Positions 39,140 through 47,975 of a stretch of DNA of 64,000 bases are shown here, piece by piece. The notes below the pieces were generated by a model. That model had not been told where the DNA came from. It did no database searches and saw nothing but the letters and a program-made list of their open reading frames with translations. The position numbers were made by a program, and so were the translations under genes. Source of the DNA: Spirochaetia bacterium (GTDB lineage Bacteria; Spirochaetota; Spirochaetia; UBA9216); NCBI GenBank assembly GCA_963677925.2, contig CAXXYH010000003.1:2112001-2176000 (forward strand). Reading direction: 5' to 3'. Within the stretch, counting starts at the first letter, position 1, and each line of letters starts with the position of its first letter.

Positions 39140-39997
39140 TTAATTTTTTAATGATCTTTTAGGGGCTCCCTGTCCTCCTGAGTTTGCAGAGGAACCTGCC
39201 TGTGCAGAATCCGCCTGTAAAGAACTGCTGCCTGACTGGGCATTCGAACTTCCTGAACTTTCAGAGGCTCCCTCTGCTGCTGAACTGCTTTCGCTGTTGC
39301 CGGATGATGATGCAGTCCCGGATTTATATTCAGAGCCGGCGGAAACTGCTGCCGAATCTGAATATTCAGAATCAGCTGATGCAGAATCGGCAGGATCCTT
39401 CCCGAGGGCTGCAAGCTCCACTTTTAGTCCTTCAATGGAAAGCTCGCCATCTTCAAACATGATGAGCAGTTTATTTAACAAACGGTATTCTTCACCGAAG
39501 CGAAGCCCGAAAAAATCATAATAATTATTCATGGTATTTCGAAGTTCCGAAACTGAAACCGAATCTGCAGGAGAGTCTGCAATGATCGACTCCATCAGCC
39601 CCATAAGTTCGTTCTGATGAAGATCAAAGCGCTTTTGATATGTAAGGGTTCTGTATTCTGAAAGTTTTTTATCCTGCATAAGACTGAAATAATACTTTGT
39701 TTCCGCCGGAGACATCGTGCCCTCATATACCCTGTCGAGCATCGAATCCAGTACTCCGGACTCATCTGTATAGCTTACATCATATCTGGCGCGCAGAGTT
39801 TTCAGTTCTTCATGCCCGGCTGACAGACTTATTTCATCACTGTAAATCCCGGCAACAGTTTCATTAAAAACTTTTGCAAGTTCAGTCCTGTAGTTTTCAT
39901 TCTTTTCGGCGTTTCCCCCTGCGTACGCAGTCAGCGGAATTATCAGCACCATTACTGCAAGGGAAAGATTAATTTTAAAACTACAGGACCTCATCAT
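39140..39997 (-). CDS. Secreted hypothetical protein: two helical repeats plus Ser/Ala/Gly tail
   Basis: Signal ending AYA/GGNAE; low-complexity C-terminus. Confidence 0.75.
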   Translation of the reverse strand: MMRSCSFKINLSLAVMVLIIPLTAYAGGNAEKNENYRTELAKVFNETVAGIYSDEISLSAGHEELKTLRARYDVSYTDESGVLDSMLDRVYEGTMSPAETKYYFSLMQDKKLSEYRTLTYQKRFDLHQNELMGLMESIIADSPADSVSVSELRNTMNNYYDFFGLRFGEEYRLLNKLLIMFEDGELSIEGLKVELAALGKDPADSASADSEYSDSAAVSAGSEYKSGTASSSGNSESSSAAEGASESSGSSNAQSGSSSLQADSAQAGSSANSGGQGAPKRSLKN

Positions 39998-40030
39998 CTA
40001 ATTATACACCACTATCACTGCTTTATTTTA

Positions 40031-40675
40031 TTATTTTTTACCGGCACCGGCACCTGAACCGCCTGCGTTTGTCTGAGTCTGAGTCTGGTCACCATCGCCG
40101 TCACAGTCGTTATCGCAGTCTCCATCCTGATCCCGGTCACGATCCCTGTCCTGATCCGGCTCATCAACTCGATCCCTGAGCTGATCCTGATCCTGATCTT
40201 TCAGCTGATCTGCTTCCGCATCCGGGTCCTGTGTTTTGTCCCGATCCCTGGCCTGTGTTTTATCCGGATCAGGCTCCTGATCAAGATCTTTCTGTCTGTC
40301 GCGCAGTCTATCCTGAAGCTGATCACCGGTGCAGTCTACGGCCGCTTCGTAAAGCTGGCAGACGATAAGTCTTGCCTGTGCCATAGTCATTTCCATATTA
40401 CGGACTGCTGTTAACAGTCTTTCCATTTCTCCATAATCGACGCTGTTATCCCTGTTGTTATTCTCTCTAAGAAGATGAAGCTGGGTGATTGCCTCTTCAA
40501 GGGTAATTTCATCTTTCTGCACCTGCTCGGCTAAAGCGGCAAATTCTTCATCAAGCTGAATCCCGTAGGGTAAGCCTTCATCTGCCTTTCCCATTGAAAA
40601 TACGGGCAGTGAAACAGCTACCAGCATTGCCAGTACCAGAAATACAATCAGATTCAATTTGTTTAATTTAACCAT
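40031..40675 (-). CDS. Secreted hypothetical protein: helical domain plus D/R/Q-rich tail
   Basis: AGGAGG RBS, signal peptide, DRDRD/QDQD tail with Cys residues. Confidence 0.8.
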   Translation of the reverse strand: MVKLNKLNLIVFLVLAMLVAVSLPVFSMGKADEGLPYGIQLDEEFAALAEQVQKDEITLEEAITQLHLLRENNNRDNSVDYGEMERLLTAVRNMEMTMAQARLIVCQLYEAAVDCTGDQLQDRLRDRQKDLDQEPDPDKTQARDRDKTQDPDAEADQLKDQDQDQLRDRVDEPDQDRDRDRDQDGDCDNDCDGDGDQTQTQTNAGGSGAGAGKK

Positions 40676-40717
40676 TCTTTCCTCCTGAAAAATCCGGATT
40701 TACCGGTTTATATTCAG

Positions 40718-40748
40718 AGTATAAAAACAGAATGTGGCGGAAATGCGA
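40718..40748 (-). promoter_or_regulatory. -10 box plus OmpR-type direct repeats
   Basis: Minus strand TCGCATT-N4-CCACATT (11-bp period) followed by TATACT; no consensus -35. Confidence 0.5.
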
Positions 40749-40763
40749 CAGTGAATAAAATTT

Positions 40764-41630
40764 TTAATATTTTTTCCGTGTCAGAATATCTTTGCTCTTG
40801 CGGATCTGTCCGGAGTTTCTTTCATAATCACGCACCATCAATGCCATCTGGATAAGGCTTATTATCGACAGCTCGCTTATTCTGGCTGCTGGAAGGTCAC
40901 TCATTACCTCAGATTTTCTTGCACATGACTGCAGAAGTATATCTGTATACTTTGACACAGGAGAGTTTGCATAACCGGTAATTGTAATTGTAGTAGCCCC
41001 CTGCTTTTTAGCCTCCTGCATTGAATCAACAACATTTTTTGACCTTCCGCTGTGAACTACAGCAATAACAGCATCACCGGGATGAAGCTGGGAGGCTGCC
41101 GTTATCTGAACAATTGCATCGTTATAATAGCTGCATGGAATACCGATCTGCAGAAATAAGTGAAACGCGTATAAAGCCGAAATTCCGGAGGCTCCTTCAC
41201 CGTAGATGTGGATATTTTTTGCTTTTGAGAGAGTCTTTACTGCAAGTTCGAGCGCCTCATCATCAACCAGCTGTTCAGTTTCATCAATTACCTTCTTATT
41301 AAACTGAAAGGTTTTCTGTTTCAGGATTGCGATAGAATCATTCGGCTCTATCTGCATTATTTCATCGGAAGGAGAAAGAAACTCTCTTTCTATGTAGAAC
41401 TTGAACTCATTAAAGCCCTTAAAGCCTAAAGTCCGGCAGAATCTTACAACTGTAGCCGCACTGGTCTGAACATTTTCTGCAATATCAGCTGTAGTCATAT
41501 TCAGAATATCAGTCTTAACAAGAAGAATATAATCGGCAATCTTCTTTTCAGACTCACTCAAAACATCGTAATTGCTGGCTATTCTAGTTAAATATTCAAT
41601 CTGTTCTACCGTTTTATCGTTCCCATTCAT
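40764..41630 (-). CDS. MurR/RpiR-family regulator (start uncertain; ORF track extends to 41690)
   Basis: LSESEKKIADYI, SAATVVRFCRTLGFKGF, SIS domain (YGEGAS, HSGRSK). Confidence 0.92.
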   Translation of the reverse strand: MNGNDKTVEQIEYLTRIASNYDVLSESEKKIADYILLVKTDILNMTTADIAENVQTSAATVVRFCRTLGFKGFNEFKFYIEREFLSPSDEIMQIEPNDSIAILKQKTFQFNKKVIDETEQLVDDEALELAVKTLSKAKNIHIYGEGASGISALYAFHLFLQIGIPCSYYNDAIVQITAASQLHPGDAVIAVVHSGRSKNVVDSMQEAKKQGATTITITGYANSPVSKYTDILLQSCARKSEVMSDLPAARISELSIISLIQMALMVRDYERNSGQIRKSKDILTRKKY

Positions 41631-41661
41631 GTAATGCATTTTAACATTAATATGTAATTTA

Positions 41662-41763
41662 TGAAATGTATTACAGAAAAACATTGACAATGTCTTCCAG
41701 CGGTTTTAAAGTGTATGTGAAATACGTTTCATGTTTTAACAATTTTTATTGTAATATATTTCA
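41662..41763 (+). promoter_or_regulatory. sigma70 promoter with three RpiR-type operators
   Basis: TGAAATGTATTACA (41662), TGAAATACGTTTCA (41718), TGTAATATATTTCA (41750); TTGACA(41684)-17 bp-TAAAGT. Confidence 0.7.
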
Positions 41764-41774
41764 TTTATAAGGAG

Positions 41775-42536
41775 ATGAATATGACTCTGAAAGAAAGGGT
41801 TGCGATTGTAACCGGAGCGGGCTCACCAAAGGGAATAGGCAGGGCGACCGCAGTCAAACTTGCAGAATACGGTGCATTTATTGTAGTTGCCGATTTAAAC
41901 CTCAGCGGTGCTGAAGCTGTAGCGGAAGAAATCAGAAAGTCCGGTGGAAAAGCCTTAGCAGTTGAGGTTAATGTAACTGATAAGAAATCTATCGATGTTC
42001 TTATGAAAAAAACTGTAAGTGAGTTCGGGCGGCTTGATATCCTGGTAAATATAGCAGGAATCACCCAGCCGGTAAGAGTTCCTCAGACAACTGAAGCAGA
42101 CTGGGACCGGGTTATGAATGTAAACCTGAAAAGCACCTTTCTCTGCTCCCAGGCTGCAATTGAACTGATGAAAAAAAACAAGTACGGACGAATCGTGAAC
42201 ATGAGTTCTGTTTCGGCCAAGCAGGGGGGAGGCGTATTCGGAGGAGCCCATTACTCTGCAGCAAAGGCAGGAATACTCGGATTTTCCAAAGCACTGGCAC
42301 GTGAAGTAGTAACCGACGGAATAACCGTAAACTGTGTAGCCCCCGGAGCAGTTGCTACCGAAATCAGGAAGGGCATCTCTGATAAAGATGAAAATACCAT
42401 AATCAGCGGTATTCCGATGGGCAGAACCGGCCGACCTGAAGAAATTGCCTTTACTATAGCTTTTCTTGCAGCTGATGAAGCTGCATATATCACCGGAGAA
42501 GACATCGACATCAACGGCGGAGCCTTCATAGACTAA
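41775..42536 (+). CDS. SDR-family NAD-dependent oxidoreductase
   Basis: TGAGSPKGIG, acidic residue at end of beta2 (ADLN), GGGVFGGAHYSAAK (YxxxK). Confidence 0.92.
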   Translation: MNMTLKERVAIVTGAGSPKGIGRATAVKLAEYGAFIVVADLNLSGAEAVAEEIRKSGGKALAVEVNVTDKKSIDVLMKKTVSEFGRLDILVNIAGITQPVRVPQTTEADWDRVMNVNLKSTFLCSQAAIELMKKNKYGRIVNMSSVSAKQGGGVFGGAHYSAAKAGILGFSKALAREVVTDGITVNCVAPGAVATEIRKGISDKDENTIISGIPMGRTGRPEEIAFTIAFLAADEAAYITGEDIDINGGAFID

Positions 42537-42547
42537 GAGGAATAAAT

Positions 42548-43381
42548 ATGACTGATGAGAAAACAATAAAACTTCTGAAAGAAAAAGCTGTCAAACTGCG
42601 TATTACTGCGCTGACAATGATCCATGAAGCAAAATCCGGACATCCGGGAGGCTCTCTCTCTGCAGCTGATTTTATAGCTGCTCTGTATTTTAATGAACTC
42701 AATCTGAGGCCGGAAGATCCTAAATGGCCTGACCGTGACAGGTTTGTTCTTTCAAAAGGACATGTATGTCCTATCCTGTACTCTGCACTTGCCCTCCGCA
42801 ACTTTTTCCCCTATGAAGCAATACATACCCTCCGAAAACAGGGTTCAATCCTTCAGGGTCATCCTGATATGAAGGTATGTCCCGGCATTGATATTTCAAC
42901 AGGCTCTCTCGGCCAGGGGCTTTCAACAGCAGTAGGAATGGCAATTGCCGGAAAGAGAGATAATAAAAACTACAGAGTCTTCTGCCTTGTAGGCGACGGG
43001 GAATGCCAGGAAGGACAGATTTGGGAAGCAGTAATGAGTGCTGTCAAATACAAACTGGATAACCTGGTCATAATTGTTGATAACAACAACCTGCAGAACG
43101 ACAACACCTGCGACGTTGTTATGCCGACCGGAGATTTAACTTTAAAATTCGGTGCATTCGGATGTGATTCAGTATATATAAACGGTCACCGCATGGAGGA
43201 AATTACTCAGGCTCTTGATCGTATAAGAGATAAAAAGGACGGCAGACCGAAAGTAATTGTTGGAAAAACCGTCAAGGGCAAAGGCGTCTCATTCATGGAA
43301 AACGTTGTAATGTGGCATGGTGTAGCCCCTGATGAACAACAGTATAAGCAGGCAGTAAAAGAAGTGGAGGCCCTGGTATGA
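42548..43381 (+). CDS. Transketolase, N-terminal (TPP-binding) subunit
   Basis: GHPGGSLS, DRFVLSKGH, STGSLGQG, GDGECQEG. Confidence 0.94.
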   Translation: MTDEKTIKLLKEKAVKLRITALTMIHEAKSGHPGGSLSAADFIAALYFNELNLRPEDPKWPDRDRFVLSKGHVCPILYSALALRNFFPYEAIHTLRKQGSILQGHPDMKVCPGIDISTGSLGQGLSTAVGMAIAGKRDNKNYRVFCLVGDGECQEGQIWEAVMSAVKYKLDNLVIIVDNNNLQNDNTCDVVMPTGDLTLKFGAFGCDSVYINGHRMEEITQALDRIRDKKDGRPKVIVGKTVKGKGVSFMENVVMWHGVAPDEQQYKQAVKEVEALV

Positions 43382-44313
43382 CGAAAGAAGGAAAGGCAAC
43401 AAGAGAGGCATACGGGGATGAGATCCTTATTCTTGGTAAGGAGAATCCGAACATCTATGTAGTGGATGCTGATATTGGGAAATCATGCAAGACTGTTCCG
43501 TTTTCAAATGAACTGCCCCTGCAGCATGTTAATGTGGGAATTGCAGAGCAGAATGCCTGCGGAGTAGGCGCCGGACTTGCGACCTGCGGAAAGATTCCCT
43601 TTGTAACAACTTATGCAGTCTTCGGCTCTATGAGAATGAGCGAACAGATAAGGCAGGAAGTCTGCTACCCGAAGCTGAATGTCAAGATTGCCTGTTCACA
43701 CGGCGGATTCACTCCGGCTAACGACGGGGCAAGTCATCAGGGAATTGAAGACATGGGAATTCTAAGAACTATTCCTAATATGACTGTTGTAATGCCGGCC
43801 GATTACCATTCTGCCAGAAAGCTGGTAAGAGAAGCAGCTTATTATGACGGCCCGGTATATCTCAGATTTACCAGAGATCCAATACCGTATATTTATGATG
43901 AACATTCAGAATTCAAACTGGGGAAAGCGAACGTTCTAAAAGAAGGTAAAGATATTTCAATTATTGCAAACGGTGATATTATGAGCATTGCCCTTGAGGC
44001 TGCTGAAATCCTCGAAGGCAGGGGATATTCTGTACGACTTCTTGATATGCACACAATTAAACCGCTTGATGAAGAGGCGGTAATGGGCTGTATTAAAGAC
44101 ACCGGTAAAATAATAACCGTCGAAGACCACAATATTCTCAATGGTCTGGGAAGTGCTGTTTGTGAACTTGCAGCCGAACATGGTTCCTGCCGGGTTGCAA
44201 GAGTTGGCATTCAGGATCAGTTTGGAGAATCAGCCCCCTATGACTACCTTCTGCAGAAGAATGGTATAACAGCCGAAAATATTGTTGAAAAAGCACTGAT
44301 GCTGCTTGGGTAG
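43378..44313 (+). CDS. Transketolase, C-terminal subunit
   Basis: NVGIAEQ, DGASHQ, GPVYLR, TIKPLD, EDH. Confidence 0.94.
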   Translation: MTKEGKATREAYGDEILILGKENPNIYVVDADIGKSCKTVPFSNELPLQHVNVGIAEQNACGVGAGLATCGKIPFVTTYAVFGSMRMSEQIRQEVCYPKLNVKIACSHGGFTPANDGASHQGIEDMGILRTIPNMTVVMPADYHSARKLVREAAYYDGPVYLRFTRDPIPYIYDEHSEFKLGKANVLKEGKDISIIANGDIMSIALEAAEILEGRGYSVRLLDMHTIKPLDEEAVMGCIKDTGKIITVEDHNILNGLGSAVCELAAEHGSCRVARVGIQDQFGESAPYDYLLQKNGITAENIVEKALMLLG

Positions 44314-44319
44314 GTGAGA

Positions 44320-45276
44320 ATGAATATAGTTATTTTAGACGGATATACCCTCAATCCGGGAGACCTCAGCTGGGATGAATTTAAAGAGCTGGGAAAGCTC
44401 ACTGTTTACGACAGAACAGGTAAGGATGAACTTACGGCACGGCTTAAAGGCGCCGAAGCCGTCTTCACAAACAAAGTTCCGATTACCGCAGAAGTTCTTG
44501 ACGCCAATCCGGGAATCAAATTCATAGGAGTTCTTGCAACAGGTTTCAATGTAGTAGATATCAAAGCTGCAGCAGACAGGGGAATACCTGTCTGCAATAT
44601 TCCTACATACGGAACCTCTGCAGTTTCTCAGTTTGTATTTGCTCAGCTTTTAAACATCTGTCACCATGTACAGGATCATGCCGATTCTGTTAACGCAGGA
44701 GACTGGACAGCGGCCGAGGACTGGTGTTACTGGAACTTTCCGCTTACCGAACTTGCCGGAAAAACCATGGGAATTATTGGTTTCGGCCGCATAGGTCAGG
44801 CTGTAGGCAGAATAGCAAACGCCTTCGGCATGAAGGTGATAGCATATGATGAGTTCAAAAACCCATCACTTGAAAGTGATGTTATGCAGTATACCGGGCT
44901 TGATACGGTCTTTACCGAATCTGATGTAATATCCCTTCACTGTCCGCTTACACCGGCAACAGAGGGACTTGTAAACAGAGAAAACATTTTAAAAATGAAG
45001 GATGGCGTCATTCTTATAAACACATCACGCGGGCCTCTGGTAGTAGAATCCGATCTTGCAGAGGCTCTGAACAGAGGAAAGCTGAGGGCGGCAGGACTTG
45101 ACGTAGTTTCAACTGAACCCATTAAAGCGGACAATCCTCTGCTGAAAGCAAAAAACTGCTATATTACACCTCATATAGCCTGGGCACCTTCAGAATCAAG
45201 AAAGCGACTAATGGATATTGCGGTGGAAAATCTTAAATCATTTATAAACGGAAAAGTTATCAATCAGGTTAACTGA
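44320..45276 (+). CDS. D-2-hydroxyacid dehydrogenase (glycerate dehydrogenase / hydroxypyruvate-glyoxylate reductase type)
   Basis: IVILDGYTLNPGDLSW, GFGRIG, LHCPLT, NTSRG, TPHIAW. Confidence 0.9.
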   Translation: MNIVILDGYTLNPGDLSWDEFKELGKLTVYDRTGKDELTARLKGAEAVFTNKVPITAEVLDANPGIKFIGVLATGFNVVDIKAAADRGIPVCNIPTYGTSAVSQFVFAQLLNICHHVQDHADSVNAGDWTAAEDWCYWNFPLTELAGKTMGIIGFGRIGQAVGRIANAFGMKVIAYDEFKNPSLESDVMQYTGLDTVFTESDVISLHCPLTPATEGLVNRENILKMKDGVILINTSRGPLVVESDLAEALNRGKLRAAGLDVVSTEPIKADNPLLKAKNCYITPHIAWAPSESRKRLMDIAVENLKSFINGKVINQVN

Positions 45277-45304
45277 GCCCTTTTATCTCTTATATTTAAT
45301 TTAT

Positions 45305-45342
45305 AAAAAAGAGGGACCGACAGGTGGCTGCTTGTCGGTCCC
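45305..45342 (-). terminator. Rho-independent terminator between convergent operons
   Basis: GGGACCGACA-N10-TGTCGGTCCC with flanking A-runs. Confidence 0.75.
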
Positions 45343-45400
45343 GGAAAAAAAGAAGTGTTTTAACTATCTGCAAAACCAGGGTAGTTTTGCAGCTGGTTCA

Positions 45401-46969
45401 TTATTTATAATATGCATTCTGCACATTAATATTTGGTGAGAAATAGTAGCCCTCAAGTCTGGCATTTACAAGGTTAACATCATACTGATCAACAAGTGAG
45501 AATCCGAATGCATTCTCGGCCCAGAGAACCGCTAAGTCATAATATACCTTTGCCCTTTCTGAATCCTCTACGGTGCTCATGGCTTTGAATAGAATGTCTC
45601 CTACTTTCTTTGCCTCCGGATCATCGGCATAATGCCATTTACCGCTTCCGCCGCCCTTGTTGCTTTCCGGTCTTATAGAAGACATCGCTCCGCTTGGTTC
45701 ATAGAGGTTTCCGAAATTCCAGACAAACATGTCATAATCATTTTCGCTGAGCATATAGGCATTGAAAGCTGCTGTTTCCATGAATACAAGTTCAACCTCT
45801 ACACCGGCTTTTGCGAGCATACTTGGAATCAACTCGGCAATGGATCTTCTGCTCGGGTTACTGTCTACATAAAGACTGACTTTAAGTCCGTCGGGGTATC
45901 CGGCTTCAGCAAGCAGCGCTTTGGCTTTTTCAGGATCATAGTTGTATTTAAGTTCTTCCGGAAGATCCGGTGAATACCAGGAACCGCCGGGAAAGAGGTT
46001 TGTTGAAGGTTCTCCTTTCGGGCCGAAGACTGCATCGGCAACGGAATCCCTGTCCAGAGCATAGCAGAGAGCCTGTCTGACTTTTACATCGTCAAAGGGA
46101 GCATGTGAACAGTTGAATCCAAGATAGTGAATACACATTGATGCATCGGCTTTCCAGACCTTGGCATTTTCGCTGTCGCCTCGTTCTACACGATTAATAT
46201 CTTCAGTTGATCCGGTTCTGTAAATATCTACTTCACCCCGTTCCAGCTCAATCATTCTGATCGAAGATTCGGTAATAATTCTTATCTCAAGTTCGCTGAC
46301 TTCAGGCTTACCGCCCCAGTAATTATCAAAAGCTTCAAACGAAACACTTATACCCGCTTTCCAGTCCGTAACCTTCCATGGGCCGGTCCCGGTAAATCCG
46401 GCAGAAGCACTGCTTTCAGCCTCAAATGTGTTTTTGTTTACTACAAAGAGGTTCGACAGCAGGTGCGGGATAGTACCCACAGGAAACCTTGCAGGAACAT
46501 AGACGGTATATTCATCGATTGCTTTTACATTATCCTTATCAATTGCTGTCAAAATAGCTGAAAGCGCCTGGTGTTTCTTTGCAACCTCGAATGAGTAGAG
46601 TACATCCGCTGAGGTCATTTTATCACCATTGTGAAAATAAACATCATCACGAAGGTGCAGGGTTATACCTCTATTGCCTTCATCGTAGATATAATCAGTA
46701 ACAAGCCAGGGAACCAACTCTCCATCCTGGTTGTACAGAAACAGGGTTTCAATTGCCTGAGTTGTTAAAGTAAGCTGAGGCCCGAATGATCCTCCGTAGG
46801 GATTCATAGTGCCTGGATCCATATTCATGGCAATTACAATCTTGTCTTTTGCAGGGGCGTCTTCCCCGGCAGCAGAGTTCTTCGATTTACCTGAACATCC
46901 AAACGAAAGTAAGGACAAGACAAGAGCACACACTAAAAGTACAGGAATCAGGTTTACTCGCTTTTTCAT
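45401..46969 (-). CDS. Dpp/Opp/Nik-family ABC substrate-binding lipoprotein
   Basis: Lipobox SFGC; LRDDVYFHNGD, GTGPW, PFDDVKVRQAL, YDPEKAKALLAEAGY. Confidence 0.92.
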   Translation of the reverse strand: MKKRVNLIPVLLVCALVLSLLSFGCSGKSKNSAAGEDAPAKDKIVIAMNMDPGTMNPYGGSFGPQLTLTTQAIETLFLYNQDGELVPWLVTDYIYDEGNRGITLHLRDDVYFHNGDKMTSADVLYSFEVAKKHQALSAILTAIDKDNVKAIDEYTVYVPARFPVGTIPHLLSNLFVVNKNTFEAESSASAGFTGTGPWKVTDWKAGISVSFEAFDNYWGGKPEVSELEIRIITESSIRMIELERGEVDIYRTGSTEDINRVERGDSENAKVWKADASMCIHYLGFNCSHAPFDDVKVRQALCYALDRDSVADAVFGPKGEPSTNLFPGGSWYSPDLPEELKYNYDPEKAKALLAEAGYPDGLKVSLYVDSNPSRRSIAELIPSMLAKAGVEVELVFMETAAFNAYMLSENDYDMFVWNFGNLYEPSGAMSSIRPESNKGGGSGKWHYADDPEAKKVGDILFKAMSTVEDSERAKVYYDLAVLWAENAFGFSLVDQYDVNLVNARLEGYYFSPNINVQNAYYK

Positions 46970-47014
46970 TTTTTCCTCCTAAAATATATCAATCTGAAAG
47001 GCAGAGCCTTCAGA

Positions 47015-47974
47015 CTAAGTTACTGATGCAGGAACCCTGGCATGATGACATGCGACATTATGTCCGGGTCTAAGTTCCGTTAGTACAGGAGAGACGCTGA
47101 AACAGTCCTCCTGGGCATAAAGACAGCGTGCGGCAAATCTGCAGCCGGGCTTCGGATTCACCGGAGAGGTAACTTCTCCTTTGAGAAGTATTCTTTTCTT
47201 CTTGCGGCCGAATTCCGGTACGGGAACCGCACTCAGCAGCGCCTGTGTATAAGGGTGCATCGGATTTTCGAACAGTTCATCTGCAGAGCAGAATTCCACA
47301 GCCTGACCCAGATACATAACCAGAATATTAGTTGAAAGATATTTAACAACTGAAAGGTCATGCGAAATGAACATATAGGTAAGCCCCATACTGCTCTGAA
47401 GATCAAGCATAAGGTTTATTACCTGTGCCTGAATTGAGACATCAAGAGCAGAAACCGGTTCATCGCAGACGATAAACTCCGGATTGAGAGCAAGAGCACG
47501 TGCTATTCCTATTCGCTGTCTGCGTCCGCCGTCAAGCTCATGCGGATAGGAGTCCGCAAGTCTCGGAGTAAGGCCTACAGTATCCATGAGTTCCCTGACA
47601 CGGTTTTTCCGTTCAGACCTCTTTATATGTTCATTTTTCAGCGGTTCATCAATGATCTGACTTACAGTCATTCGCGGATTCAGTGAAGAAAAGGGATCCT
47701 GAAATATAATCTGCATATCCTTTCTAAGTTCTTTTATTTTTGAGGGTTTCACATTTGTTATATCTTCACCCTTAAATTCAATCTTTCCTCCGGTATTATC
47801 CAGCAGATGAAGAATAACTCTGCCCAGAGTTGATTTTCCGCAGCCGGACTCTCCGACTACACCAAGGATTTCTCCTTTTTTAATGGAAAAGGAAACATCA
47901 TCCACTGCGTGCAGAAGCCCCCTGGGGGTTTGGAAATATTTTTTCAGCCCATGTACATCAAGCAGTCCGCTCAT
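47015..47974 (-). CDS. Oligopeptide ABC ATP-binding protein (OppF/DppF)
   Basis: ATG at 47974; GESGCGKST, YPHELDGGRRQR, GCRFAARC. Confidence 0.92.
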   Translation of the reverse strand: MSGLLDVHGLKKYFQTPRGLLHAVDDVSFSIKKGEILGVVGESGCGKSTLGRVILHLLDNTGGKIEFKGEDITNVKPSKIKELRKDMQIIFQDPFSSLNPRMTVSQIIDEPLKNEHIKRSERKNRVRELMDTVGLTPRLADSYPHELDGGRRQRIGIARALALNPEFIVCDEPVSALDVSIQAQVINLMLDLQSSMGLTYMFISHDLSVVKYLSTNILVMYLGQAVEFCSADELFENPMHPYTQALLSAVPVPEFGRKKKRILLKGEVTSPVNPKPGCRFAARCLYAQEDCFSVSPVLTELRPGHNVACHHARVPASVT

Positions 47975-47975
47975 T

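Noticed and set aside
40080-40330. Repetitive ATCCTG/ATCCC DNA resembling a tandem repeat or CRISPR array
   Set aside because: It is explained by Asp-Gln/Asp-Arg codons of the protein tail; there is no constant repeat-spacer period and no cas genes.
41955-42566. 203-aa antisense ORF over the SDR (similar cases at 31149, 50890, 62130 and 2594)
   Set aside because: Each lies entirely opposite a well-supported gene, has no recognisable motifs, and is a typical codon-bias shadow.
42548-44313. Split transketolase as a frameshifted pseudogene
   Set aside because: The ATGA 4-bp overlap with a GGAGG RBS and complete motifs in both halves is the normal two-subunit transketolase arrangement.
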